IMG/VR virus record: IMGVR_UViG_3300016665_000137
Coordinates: 1-30,577 of that record
Source: a virus
Taxonomy: Duplodnaviria; Caudoviricetes
Reading direction: 5' to 3' (one strand)
DNA: 30,577 nucleotides
Positions within the stretch are counted from its first letter, which is position 1. Every line of letters starts with the position of its first letter. The notes beneath the pieces are model-generated. The model had not been told where the DNA came from. It did not search any database and saw nothing but the letters and a program-made list of their open reading frames with translations. Both the position numbers and the translations under genes were made by a program. Positions 1 through 9,386 of this stretch are shown here, piece by piece.

Positions 1-1237
1 TAACAGCACCAGCAGAAAGCGCCGCTGTTACCGTACCAATAACAGGAATTGCCATACCTGTATAATGGTTCGGCGAAAGCCTAAATTGTGCTGATACAGT
101 TCCACCGGCAAAGACTGTTGAAATCCTAAGCCGATAATAACGGAATGGCAGTGATGCACAAAGTTGTCTTACCACACCCGCACCAATCGTTTGAGCAGAG
201 GTCACCGGAGATGGTGTCGAGTTATCCGGTGGAATCAAAATTTGAGCGTTCCAGTTCACATTGTCATTGGAACCTTCCCAAATAACCTGTCCACTTGTGA
301 TCCCTGCACCACCAACAATTTGCATGGCGATAGACTTGTACCCAGTGACATCATAAGACGCACTTGTTCCTGTCATCAGGTTAATTCCAGCGGCAGAAAA
401 AGACCCGCTTGTGATGTGCAATTCTTTTCCGATAATCTGAGAATCATCAGAAGTAACGACCCGAAGAGTAGATCCAGAGCTTAGTCCCGCACCATAGTTA
501 AGTGATCTTCCACCGCTGTCAACAAGTTGCCTGTTAGGAATGGCAGGATCAACCACTGTTTGCGAGTAGGTAGTGAAAAGCTGAATAGTGCCAGCACCAA
601 ATCCCGTTGCTGATCTTGCCCTGATAAATCTGAAATTTATTGCGCCCGTGTAGGTGTTTGTTGTTCCGCCAGAAATTGAAAATGCGCTAGTTAAAATAGC
701 TTGCGGATCATTTACTTGATAAACATAAATTGTGTTCCAGTTTACAGCGTTGTTTGATCCTTCAAAGATCAAGAAACCCGTTGCGGAGGCAGATGCCACA
801 ACCTGTGTGGTGAAGGATTTGTAAGGAGGCACTTCAACATAAGCTGAACCATCAAAGTATGTATTACCCGGCGCACCTTGAAGTGGGCCTGTCATAATAC
901 CATAAGCAATGATTGATGGTGGAGCAGAGTTAACATTGATTGATCCTGTTACATTTTGAATAAATGATGCGTCATCATAAATGACTTGAAGAACATCCCC
1001 CGAACTCATCGAAGAGGTATCAAAGTTAAGATAAAGTTTTGTCCCACTGGCAAATACACCACCAAGATTTGCTCCCCCTGATGTGGAAAATATGATTGGA
1101 TTTCCTGCCGCTGAGGTGTTGATAACAGCATACAAATTTTCTTGAACAAATCCGGGATATGGGGAGAAATCAATTTCACCTATTGTTGGTGCTCCGGGTG
1201 AAAAAACCCAATTTCCCGCTGGCATTGTAATTTTCAT
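1..1237 (-). CDS. Tail fibre / receptor-binding structural protein, partial (runs off left edge, >=412 aa; absent from ORF track)
   Basis: Manual translation from ATG 1237 (AGGA RBS): MKITMPAGNWVFSPG...; no stop seen to position 1. S/T/G-rich beta sequence with two related units (FEGSNNAVNW...FRFIRAR and WEGSNDNVNW...FRYYRLR). Follows the other tail genes. Confidence 0.7.
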   Translation of the reverse strand, partial: MKITMPAGNWVFSPGAPTIGEIDFSPYPGFVQENLYAVINTSAAGNPIIFSTSGGANLGGVFASGTKLYLNFDTSSMSSGDVLQVIYDDASFIQNVTGSINVNSAPPSIIAYGIMTGPLQGAPGNTYFDGSAYVEVPPYKSFTTQVVASASATGFLIFEGSNNAVNWNTIYVYQVNDPQAILTSAFSISGGTTNTYTGAINFRFIRARSATGFGAGTIQLFTTYSQTVVDPAIPNRQLVDSGGRSLNYGAGLSSGSTLRVVTSDDSQIIGKELHITSGSFSAAGINLMTGTSASYDVTGYKSIAMQIVGGAGITSGQVIWEGSNDNVNWNAQILIPPDNSTPSPVTSAQTIGAGVVRQLCASLPFRYYRLRISTVFAGGTVSAQFRLSPNHYTGMAIPVIGTVTAALSAGAV

Positions 1238-1246
1238 ATTGTCGTC

Positions 1247-1618
1247 CTATCCAAAAATGATTGCCAATGCGATTGCATACGGCCCTGCTTGATAATCCAC
1301 GGTTTTAGTACCTGAATCACCCTTGATTGTTAAAAAATTATCGGTGGATTGATATGTCACCGTATCTGAAATTGACCCGGCAACTGGATTTGTTCCAGTG
1401 GGTACTGCAATCGTACCAAACGCATATCCGGCGCCGCTCGGAGTCACGCTAAAATCAATGGTATCTGTAATGGCATTTCCAGTAATGAGCACCGAACCGT
1501 CTACCGATGTCAGAGTCAAAACATCGCTTGGGCTTCCGGCAGTAGGCGAGGATCCAGCCGGAGTTTGAATTGTTGTGAAGCTCGAAGCCTGGAGGCGGTT
1601 TGTTGTAAACTGGCTCAT
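1247..1618 (-). CDS. Small tail-fibre-like structural protein with two ~45-aa repeats
   Basis: ATG 1618 overlaps the upstream TGA (ATGA). Repeats FTTIQTPAGSSPTAGSPSDVLTLTS... and FGTIAVPTGTNPVAGSISDTVTYQS...; ends AIALAIIFG. Confidence 0.65.
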   Translation of the reverse strand: MSQFTTNRLQASSFTTIQTPAGSSPTAGSPSDVLTLTSVDGSVLITGNAITDTIDFSVTPSGAGYAFGTIAVPTGTNPVAGSISDTVTYQSTDNFLTIKGDSGTKTVDYQAGPYAIALAIIFG

Positions 1619-1962
1619 TGCAATCCTTTCGCAGTCACCCAAATCTCAATGGCACCTGTTCCACTAATCCTGGTATAAGCCACCCGGAGCAATGGCATTG
1701 GGGCCTGGTTGATTTCAATACCAATTTGGTCTGCGGATCCAGAAGCAACCGGGGAGGTCAAAAGCCTAATGTCCTGCCAGGTGAGCCCCCCGTCCCCGGA
1801 TCCTTGAATTGCAAAGGTGCCCGTGGGATTCCCAGTGAACTTCAACACAAAGTAAATGTTGTCCAGGTATTGAACATTGACCGATGGCCCAAAGTAATTG
1901 GCCCCCATGGATCCGCCCGTTGCAATTCTGTTTGGATATAACGCCGCTTTACCCTGTCCCAT
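1615..1962 (-). CDS. Small beta-sandwich virion protein (putative tail/receptor-binding accessory)
   Basis: 115-aa ORF in the late operon; motif IQGSGDGGLTW...PLLRVAYT resembles the repeated units in the 1..1237 protein. Confidence 0.6.
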   Translation of the reverse strand: MGQGKAALYPNRIATGGSMGANYFGPSVNVQYLDNIYFVLKFTGNPTGTFAIQGSGDGGLTWQDIRLLTSPVASGSADQIGIEINQAPMPLLRVAYTRISGTGAIEIWVTAKGLQ

Positions 1963-1976
1963 GTCTTTATCCTACC

Positions 1977-4853
1977 TTATGCCTCTTTCCCGGCACTAAT
2001 CTTTTTTAGTCCGGTTTCGCTCCGGCCCGCAATCTCCATTTTTTGCATGGCTCCCGAGGTGGGTTTAATCCCCCCAGGCTCCTTCTGCATAGTTGGAGCC
2101 CCAAAGGTGGCCTGATTCATGGCGATAGATTGTTGGTTCAAGCTGTTAATAAGGGGCTGTTCAAGGAACACCGAGAGCCCAATCTTTGTCCGATACGGCA
2201 ATTCTTTACCGTCCGCCATGTGATCCGTGAGTTTATCAATAACCTCAGATTGCATTTGCTGAAGGAGTTGGGGATATACCACCCGCAAGGTTTCCATCTC
2301 CTCCGGCATAATCATGCCGGTTTTGATTTTTTTAATAACATTGGTGGGTTGCTTGATTGTCTTATAGTAACGGTTGAACTTTTCAAGCTCGGATTTAGAT
2401 GGCTTGTAAGTAGGTGACAACACCCTGGAGCTAACAGGCTTGGGAGCCTTGGAATTTAGAAACGATGCCGCCGTGAGCATCTTTTGTTGCACCGAGAATG
2501 CGGTTTTAGGCGCTACCTCATAAAGTCCCGCCGTGGATTTCTCAAGCATCCCATGAGCCTCAATCGGGTTGCTCACCGTCTTGTTAATCTTATCCATGAG
2601 GTCATGGTATTCCTTCTCGTCGAGAGTCTGAGGAACACCACGAGTCACAGCAAGCATTGCCTTTTCCATTTTGGATTTGCTGAATACTTCAGCCGCACCC
2701 GCTTTTACTGACCGCTCTGTTTTGTTGGCATAATCGGCAACCTTTTTCAGCATGGTTGTCCTGGGAGCATCTTTGATAGAAATGTCAATTCCTCCAAATC
2801 CTGCTTTAATCATCGCATCTCTTGCGGTTGTATAGGCGGCCTCGATTGGATCTTTCAAAAACGCCATCCATCCAAGAGTCGGAGCGGTTTTGGATGGGTT
2901 GATTGGATCCGGAAATGCTTCCATGTATGTTTTAGCGGCATCAAGAGTTTTTTGTTCCGCCTCAGTAAACATGGAGTTTTTTAGCTCCGGTTGCATTTTC
3001 CCGTAATCTTTCAGGAATTTATTCACATTGAGAATGTTATCTTTGTATTCGGCCATTTGAGCCTTTTGATAACCTTTCACAATGTTCCATTCTTCCGGGA
3101 AATCTCTTTCGAAAAACTCTAAAAATTTACTGTTTTCTTTTTGAAACAATTTATCCGCAAGTTTGTCGGCATTGAATCCGGCTTCATCACGGATCATGCG
3201 AAGAAAATTGATCGGGCTCCCCAGGCGCTTTTTGCCCATGATTGCCGCAAGTCGGCCATATTTAGAAGCTGTTTGAGCAAACTCCCGACGAGCTTCTTTA
3301 TATGCCCCCAACAAAAATTTTTGATCTGCTTTACCGAATTGTCGGCGAACCGTGCTTTCGTAAAGGCGTTCCAATTTCGCTTTCAAATATTCGGCGATTC
3401 GAGCGCCGTTCATATCATTGGCTGTAGCCATTTTTCTGGCATCGTTGCCAAGGTATTTGATTTGTAAAACCAAATCCTCCATGTTGGTCATGCGCTCAAG
3501 CCTTGTGGCGAGCTGTTGCCCGTATTCTGGCATCAAACCTTGTCGAATTTCTGGGATCCTTGAAATATTACGAATGACCTGTTTTACCGACCGCTCATTC
3601 AATGGAATGGCGCTTTCAGTAAGCCCTAATTCTTTAAATTTACTTGAATAGCTATCAACCGCCGCATCCGCTTTGGCAAACAGGGAGTCCACGAGCTTTT
3701 GCCCAACCTGGGCTTTGCTATCGGTAATTCCAGTTTCAACAATTCCTTCAATTCTTTGTTGTACTGTTTTTAATGCATTTAGAATTGATTGCTTTTCTGC
3801 TTGCCCAATGGGGGATGCCGAATCCGAAAGGATTTGCCACATTTTTTGAACACCATCATTGGCGCTCACTTGACCAGGAAACACCGGAACGCCAAGAGTT
3901 TGACCGGCTTCTTCAATTTGAGCCGCATGATCCTTGAGTTGGCGAAGCCCTTCAATAATAGTTTTCTTTTCTTGAGGATTGTCAAAATTTGCCGCTTTAA
4001 CTGCATCCTCAAATGTGGCCACGGGTTTACCCATGGATTCCAAATAGTCGGCACCGGTTTTAACCACCGCTTGACCAGGCTTTTGAATGAGCCCGAGACC
4101 CCCATGGAAAATGGCACCCAATCCACCCCCGAGCAGGGTGGAAAGACCCACATTGGGAAGGAAATGCTCACCAAGGGCTTCCGGATCCCCCAGTGCATCC
4201 TCGGAGATTTGATTGCCGACACCGTAAAGCGCCCCTTCGGTAGCCAGGCCCATGGCCCCTGCCGTACCCTTTACAAGCGCATTAGCGGCCCGTGGAGAGG
4301 TTTGGGCCAATCCTGAAGCCAATCCCGCCACCCGTGGAGCAACGGCCTCTGTGACCGCCTGGGAAGCCTTGGAAGCCATTACCACAGGATTAAGCATTTC
4401 AGCCGCAGTCAATCCCTTGGCCGCAGTTGCCGCCGCCGCCGCTCCAGCCGCCGCCGCCCCTGCTTGTTCAGCCGCCACCGGCGCACTAGCGCCTTGTGTA
4501 AGAATCAAGGGAGCCAAAATACCTGCCGCAGTCCCCAGGCCCGCCGCTACAGGGTGGGCTTCTTTAATAAGCGCCTGTTCTTCTGGCGTGGTGATCCCGA
4601 GCTTGTTTTCAATTTGGCGGCTAAGACCAAATGTAGCAGTCCCAAGCCCTTCTTCGGCAAATGCCCTGAGAGCCCCCAGGTTGCTTTCCCGTTCCGTTCT
4701 CAGATTGATTTCATGCTGAATTTCCTCGTTTGGAGGAATGACAAAACCCTGGGCAAGAGCATCCTGAAGGCCCTCTTTAGGAACGGTATAAAACTGACCG
4801 TCCTCGCCTTTAACTGTAATCACCGGGTTTTGGAAATCGGGAATCTCTTTCAT
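1977..4853 (-). CDS. Large internal virion / DNA ejection protein (958 aa)
   Basis: Third large helical ORF after the nozzle gene. Ala/Gly-rich hydrophobic N-terminal third; ATGA-coupled to the upstream gene; podovirus synteny. Confidence 0.65.
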   Translation of the reverse strand: MKEIPDFQNPVITVKGEDGQFYTVPKEGLQDALAQGFVIPPNEEIQHEINLRTERESNLGALRAFAEEGLGTATFGLSRQIENKLGITTPEEQALIKEAHPVAAGLGTAAGILAPLILTQGASAPVAAEQAGAAAAGAAAAATAAKGLTAAEMLNPVVMASKASQAVTEAVAPRVAGLASGLAQTSPRAANALVKGTAGAMGLATEGALYGVGNQISEDALGDPEALGEHFLPNVGLSTLLGGGLGAIFHGGLGLIQKPGQAVVKTGADYLESMGKPVATFEDAVKAANFDNPQEKKTIIEGLRQLKDHAAQIEEAGQTLGVPVFPGQVSANDGVQKMWQILSDSASPIGQAEKQSILNALKTVQQRIEGIVETGITDSKAQVGQKLVDSLFAKADAAVDSYSSKFKELGLTESAIPLNERSVKQVIRNISRIPEIRQGLMPEYGQQLATRLERMTNMEDLVLQIKYLGNDARKMATANDMNGARIAEYLKAKLERLYESTVRRQFGKADQKFLLGAYKEARREFAQTASKYGRLAAIMGKKRLGSPINFLRMIRDEAGFNADKLADKLFQKENSKFLEFFERDFPEEWNIVKGYQKAQMAEYKDNILNVNKFLKDYGKMQPELKNSMFTEAEQKTLDAAKTYMEAFPDPINPSKTAPTLGWMAFLKDPIEAAYTTARDAMIKAGFGGIDISIKDAPRTTMLKKVADYANKTERSVKAGAAEVFSKSKMEKAMLAVTRGVPQTLDEKEYHDLMDKINKTVSNPIEAHGMLEKSTAGLYEVAPKTAFSVQQKMLTAASFLNSKAPKPVSSRVLSPTYKPSKSELEKFNRYYKTIKQPTNVIKKIKTGMIMPEEMETLRVVYPQLLQQMQSEVIDKLTDHMADGKELPYRTKIGLSVFLEQPLINSLNQQSIAMNQATFGAPTMQKEPGGIKPTSGAMQKMEIAGRSETGLKKISAGKEA

Positions 4854-7800
4854 TTGTTCAACATTAACCCTTGTTGTGGAGCCATAAAACCATCAGTTTT
4901 TTGTGGCCTTGCTTTTGGCCTAATGCCTTCAACCTTCAATTTGTTATCGAGATTATTATTAATGATTTCCTGCAATGTGTCCAGTTTAGCAAACATATTT
5001 GCATTCAAACTAGCCAATTCAGTCACATCCTTTGGAGCCACCATTTCAATTCTCTTGGCATCACTTTCAGACATGGTGCCTGGCCCGGTCACGGCATCTT
5101 TGAGTTTACCAATCAATACCGCACCCAAAGATTGCGCCACCGTAGAAGCATCGCTTGGAGTCAATTCCCGTCCCACTTGTGTCCGGATTTGTCTCAACCT
5201 GTTCACAATTGCCGTAATATCATCGGCATTGGCTTTAATTTCACGAATCTTAGTTGCGGCTTGATCTCCGCTCGCCAATCCCGCTCCGTTAATAAACCGC
5301 TTTCTCGTATCTTCAGGCAAAAGCTGAATTTCTTCTGGTGAAAGAGTTGCTCCTTTTGCGGCTTGGTTGGTGAGATATTCGCCCGCCGCCTTCTTTTTGT
5401 AAGAATCTTGAAGGGTAATCTTTTGAAGCTCAAGATCATTCGACAATTTAGCCGCCGCCTGTTGAACTTCAATGCTCTTTGTCGTCATGGCAAACTGGTT
5501 GATTTGATTCTGAACCTTTTGAAGAGCATCAGCCTTAGCCGCCGCAAGAGCGGTTTCATGGCGCTTATGCTTATTCAAAAGCATATTGTAAGCTGAATTT
5601 CTGTTTTCCTTTTGAGCATCAATGTCCGAATCAATGGCCTTGTTAATAATGTCCAAGGCATAGTTCTTGGCCCCAGGCCCCATAAGGCCTTGACCAATAC
5701 CACCCAGGGCAACCGAAAGCCCCGCCATGATTTTGTTACCCGTGCTCATATTTGACCAATATTTGCCCGGATCGATCTTGTTTTGTTCAAACAATTTCTG
5801 AGCTTCATCATCGGCCTGGACAATGTAATCATTCATTTCCTTTTGCCGTTGATCAGCCTCTAAAAGCTGTTTGTCCATCTCGGCTTTTGCTAGGGCTTCT
5901 TCTGTTTTAATCCTTTGATTAAACGCATCCACACGGCCCTGCATTTGGGCAAATTGCTTTCCATACAAGTCCATTCCTGTTGGCATTACGGCTTCAGGAG
6001 TAACAACGGTTGCCTGCGCTTGTGGGGTGGCGGGCTGTTTAGTTTTTGGCTGTTCTGCAACCGCCTGTGAAGGCATCGAGCTTTCTCCCTCGGGCAATGC
6101 CGACAAATCAAACGGGGTGGAAGCGGGCATATACCTTGGAGCAGTTTGTTGAAGCTCCTGCCTGTTCATTGCGGCCAATCTTTGATTTGTTTCTTCCGGG
6201 CTTAGAGCCGGAGTTGGGGACAAATTCACAGGAATGCTACTGTAGCTCGGAGCAATCATTTCAGATTCGAGAGAATCCGGAATGTTTGAGCGCCCGATAT
6301 TTACCGGGATGGATTCATCCATGCCACCAAAATCCTGATCTCCAGTTGCCAAATCAGTCCGCCCGCCGTCAAAAAGTTTAGGCATAGCAGAAATCTTTTC
6401 AAGCATGGCTTTAGAAATACCCTTTTTAGGCACCGTGAACTTGGATCCGTCTGGGTGCAATACCTGGTAATGATCTTCAGCATCCTTGATGATTCGATAG
6501 CTCATGTTTTTTCCTTCTCCGACCTTCCCACCGTGAGCAAAACGATCTGCTCCACGAGTTTTAAGCCTTCTTTTGGCTTCTTCAAATCTTCCTTGACCCC
6601 TGAGATTGATCAGAGCCTCGGGAGAGTTGCTTTCCACCAGACCACGCTCGGGATGAAATCTGATAACATTTTCATCAAAATCCCTGAGCCGTTGCATATT
6701 CTCCGGAGACAGGTTTTTGCTTTGTGCAATGTAATCAAAAATCTCCCCGGTGTTTGGATCTCTCAATCTTGTGGCATATTCGGTGCCTGTATCAAGGGCA
6801 ATCCTGGGTTGTGAGTATTCAGTCAATGGAGGAGTAATCTTGCGAATTTCTCCTGCCTTTTTCCCGGTCTGCACAAGCTCGGGTTGAACCATTACTCCTT
6901 CAGGGGTTTCGATAAATTTGATCGGAGTCATCCGAGCGCCGTAGCCCGGATCCGTATATTGTGGCCGCCCGAGCACTGGAAGCCCTGCCCGCCTTCTGAG
7001 CGGGTTTTCAAGAGCCATGGGCTGAATCTCTTCTTGGATCTGTTTGGCGGCACCCTGGCGGCTCTCGCCGCTTGCGGTTTTAAGGGCACCGGCTCTCCGG
7101 GAGCCTTCGTCCATCCATTCCTGGAAGTCGCCCATTTTCATGTTTTTAGGCCCAACAATAATGTGGGCGGGCTCATGAACCATTGCCTGGATACCCTGTT
7201 GGGATTCAAGTTGCCCCGATCTCCAGTCCGGCTTGGCTCCTGCTTTTTGAGTCTTGGAGCGATAAAATGTCTCACCACGCTCTGTGGTTGTAGATGGAGA
7301 CACCTCATAATCTTTGGAAGCCTTGATTTGCTTTTTGGTGAGCCTTGGAAGACCTTCAGCAATCCGCTCCGCATTGATTTCTTCCAGTGTCATGAATTTG
7401 CCACCGGCTTCTACTATCGGCGCATTGAATTTTCTTGTGGTGTACTGATTAAATGCCTTGGCTTGCTGTTTATAGGCTTCTGATCCAGGTTTCGGCTCCC
7501 CGGATACGCCCATTATTTCAGTTTGAGCTTCCCGGCCTTTTCTAAGTTGGGCCACGGGAGGCAATTCTCTTTCAGCAACCGGCACCATTTCGCCCGATGG
7601 TTTGGCCTCTGGAGCCATTGCCCGTGCTTCTTTCATAAGCACTTGCTTTTGAGACATAAGCTCCGCAATTTGCTTTTCCAATTCTTTAATCCGGTCAAAA
7701 TGTCCCATTGAGGATTTAATGTCCGCACCGATGGCACCCATTTCATTAGAAAGGATCCTGGGTGCCGCTTCCAGGGCTTCCCGTCCAACCGCCGCCAAGC

Positions 7801-8212
7801 CCTTACCGATAGCTTTAGCCGGAGCCGTAACCATGCCTGGGGAGATAAAGTCGATTGGGCTGATAGTATCTTCCACGGGAGGGAGCTTTCCTTGAACCTC
7901 GGGTTGTCCAGGGTAAGGCTTCACGCCCGCCGCAAACCTCATGTCCATGGGAGTCCGGGCCGCCTGAGCTTCTTGCATTAGACGCATAGAACGCTCGTTT
8001 CGCTGTTCTGGAGTCATCGCCGCAAGCTCACCCTTGGTGGCATACATCTCGGGTGGCATATCGATTGCGCCGCCCTTGGCATACCCATCCATGGTACGGA
8101 TCTTTTCCAACATGGCTTCAGACAAGCCTTTTTTGGGCACCGTAAAGGTAGATCCATCGGGGTGTTTGATTTGGAAGAACTTGTCAGTTTGATTTAGTAC
8201 CTTGTAGCTCAT
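4850..8212 (-). CDS. Internal virion / ejection protein (1120 aa): duplicated N-terminal module, HExxH metallopeptidase-like region, probable second start at 6505
   Basis: Synteny; aa 1-48 repeated at aa 570-617; HEPAH at aa 346-350; C-terminal half coiled-coil with a Gly-rich hydrophobic segment (IMAGLSVALGGIGQGLMG). Confidence 0.65.
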   Translation of the reverse strand: MSYKVLNQTDKFFQIKHPDGSTFTVPKKGLSEAMLEKIRTMDGYAKGGAIDMPPEMYATKGELAAMTPEQRNERSMRLMQEAQAARTPMDMRFAAGVKPYPGQPEVQGKLPPVEDTISPIDFISPGMVTAPAKAIGKGLAAVGREALEAAPRILSNEMGAIGADIKSSMGHFDRIKELEKQIAELMSQKQVLMKEARAMAPEAKPSGEMVPVAERELPPVAQLRKGREAQTEIMGVSGEPKPGSEAYKQQAKAFNQYTTRKFNAPIVEAGGKFMTLEEINAERIAEGLPRLTKKQIKASKDYEVSPSTTTERGETFYRSKTQKAGAKPDWRSGQLESQQGIQAMVHEPAHIIVGPKNMKMGDFQEWMDEGSRRAGALKTASGESRQGAAKQIQEEIQPMALENPLRRRAGLPVLGRPQYTDPGYGARMTPIKFIETPEGVMVQPELVQTGKKAGEIRKITPPLTEYSQPRIALDTGTEYATRLRDPNTGEIFDYIAQSKNLSPENMQRLRDFDENVIRFHPERGLVESNSPEALINLRGQGRFEEAKRRLKTRGADRFAHGGKVGEGKNMSYRIIKDAEDHYQVLHPDGSKFTVPKKGISKAMLEKISAMPKLFDGGRTDLATGDQDFGGMDESIPVNIGRSNIPDSLESEMIAPSYSSIPVNLSPTPALSPEETNQRLAAMNRQELQQTAPRYMPASTPFDLSALPEGESSMPSQAVAEQPKTKQPATPQAQATVVTPEAVMPTGMDLYGKQFAQMQGRVDAFNQRIKTEEALAKAEMDKQLLEADQRQKEMNDYIVQADDEAQKLFEQNKIDPGKYWSNMSTGNKIMAGLSVALGGIGQGLMGPGAKNYALDIINKAIDSDIDAQKENRNSAYNMLLNKHKRHETALAAAKADALQKVQNQINQFAMTTKSIEVQQAAAKLSNDLELQKITLQDSYKKKAAGEYLTNQAAKGATLSPEEIQLLPEDTRKRFINGAGLASGDQAATKIREIKANADDITAIVNRLRQIRTQVGRELTPSDASTVAQSLGAVLIGKLKDAVTGPGTMSESDAKRIEMVAPKDVTELASLNANMFAKLDTLQEIINNNLDNKLKVEGIRPKARPQKTDGFMAPQQGLMLNK

Positions 8213-8231
8213 AGGTGCCCCTACAGTTTAC

Positions 8232-9377
8232 TTATTTTGGCCGCCATTTGCCCATTTTATATTTCAAATCTTCGAGCTTTTCTTGAATCTCCTTGTGAGC
8301 ATCCATAAGCTCTTGAAGGTCAGATTTTTTCTTGCTCGATTCTTTGATATGCTTGAGGAATTCGATCATTTTTTCTTTGTCGCCCGATTTGGTACGGGGA
8401 ACAACAATCGAATCCCGGCGAAGGTCAGCAACCACGGTATCATTACGCTCATCGTCGCCAGGGTGTTTAGCCTTGCCGGGCACCTTCATGACGGATCCGT
8501 CAGAATTGACAACCTTCTCACCAGGAGACACCCGAACAGTCCGGAATTCAGGATCCCCAGAATAATCCGCAGGGGTTGCTTCATCCACCTGGCCACCTTC
8601 GGCCAATTGAGGAGTATTGCCACCAAACAGGCTCATGCGTGGGCTCGATTGGCCCCTACCCATCAAACCAAATGTCCCGCCAGCTCCTGCGCTACTACCT
8701 CCGCCGCCGCCACCAAACAGGCTTCCGCCGCTAGTAATGGATGCCGCACCAAGACCGGCTCCCGCCTGAAGCAATCCACCCATGAGCGCATTCGCTCCGG
8801 CCACATTCTGAGCTTCCACACCGGCATTGATCTTTTGAGCATTCCAATAGTTCTCAAGAGCCGCATTTTGTTGTGCCTGGCTAAGTTGGCCAAATGTCCC
8901 AAGGGTGCCCACATTTGCCCCCTGTTGGCTAATATCCAATTGCCTTTGAGCCTGGAGAGCCTGGTTGAGCAATTGTTGTTTTTGCATTTGCTCCTGGAGC
9001 CGCAGTTGAGCGCCCTGGCCCGCCAATGCCTGTTGCTGTTGGGATCCAATAAGCGCCGCCGCACGAGCCGCCTGAGCCGGATTCATTCCACGCTGAGATG
9101 CAATTGCCCCAATTTGGCCCTTCAAGGCATTCTCGGATGCTTCCTTGAGTTGCATTTGAGCCAATGATGGCCCGGTACCTTCGGCTTGCTCCATGAGCTT
9201 CTGAGCCAAGGTTTTTTGCATTTCCCCTGCACCGGCACCGGCATTCAGAGATCCAATAGCCGCCTTTTGAGCCTCATCAATACCCTTGGAATAATCCACC
9301 TTGTCCAGTTGCATCGGTTGCGCCTGAAATGTGTTTTTAGACCCGAGCAAATCCTGTAAAAAACCACCAAGACCCAT
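8232..9377 (-). CDS. Internal virion / DNA ejection (pilot-like) protein (381 aa)
   Basis: Directly downstream of the nozzle gene; Gln/Ala-rich coiled coil, Gly-rich hydrophobic segment, GGAG RBS. Confidence 0.65.
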   Translation of the reverse strand: MGLGGFLQDLLGSKNTFQAQPMQLDKVDYSKGIDEAQKAAIGSLNAGAGAGEMQKTLAQKLMEQAEGTGPSLAQMQLKEASENALKGQIGAIASQRGMNPAQAARAAALIGSQQQQALAGQGAQLRLQEQMQKQQLLNQALQAQRQLDISQQGANVGTLGTFGQLSQAQQNAALENYWNAQKINAGVEAQNVAGANALMGGLLQAGAGLGAASITSGGSLFGGGGGGSSAGAGGTFGLMGRGQSSPRMSLFGGNTPQLAEGGQVDEATPADYSGDPEFRTVRVSPGEKVVNSDGSVMKVPGKAKHPGDDERNDTVVADLRRDSIVVPRTKSGDKEKMIEFLKHIKESSKKKSDLQELMDAHKEIQEKLEDLKYKMGKWRPK

Positions 9378-9386
9378 AATCTCTCC

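Noticed and set aside
4420-4490. GCC-rich repeats, and similar ones near 8690-8730
   Set aside because: They encode Ala or Gly runs in ejection proteins; no spacers or DNA-level periodicity beyond codons.
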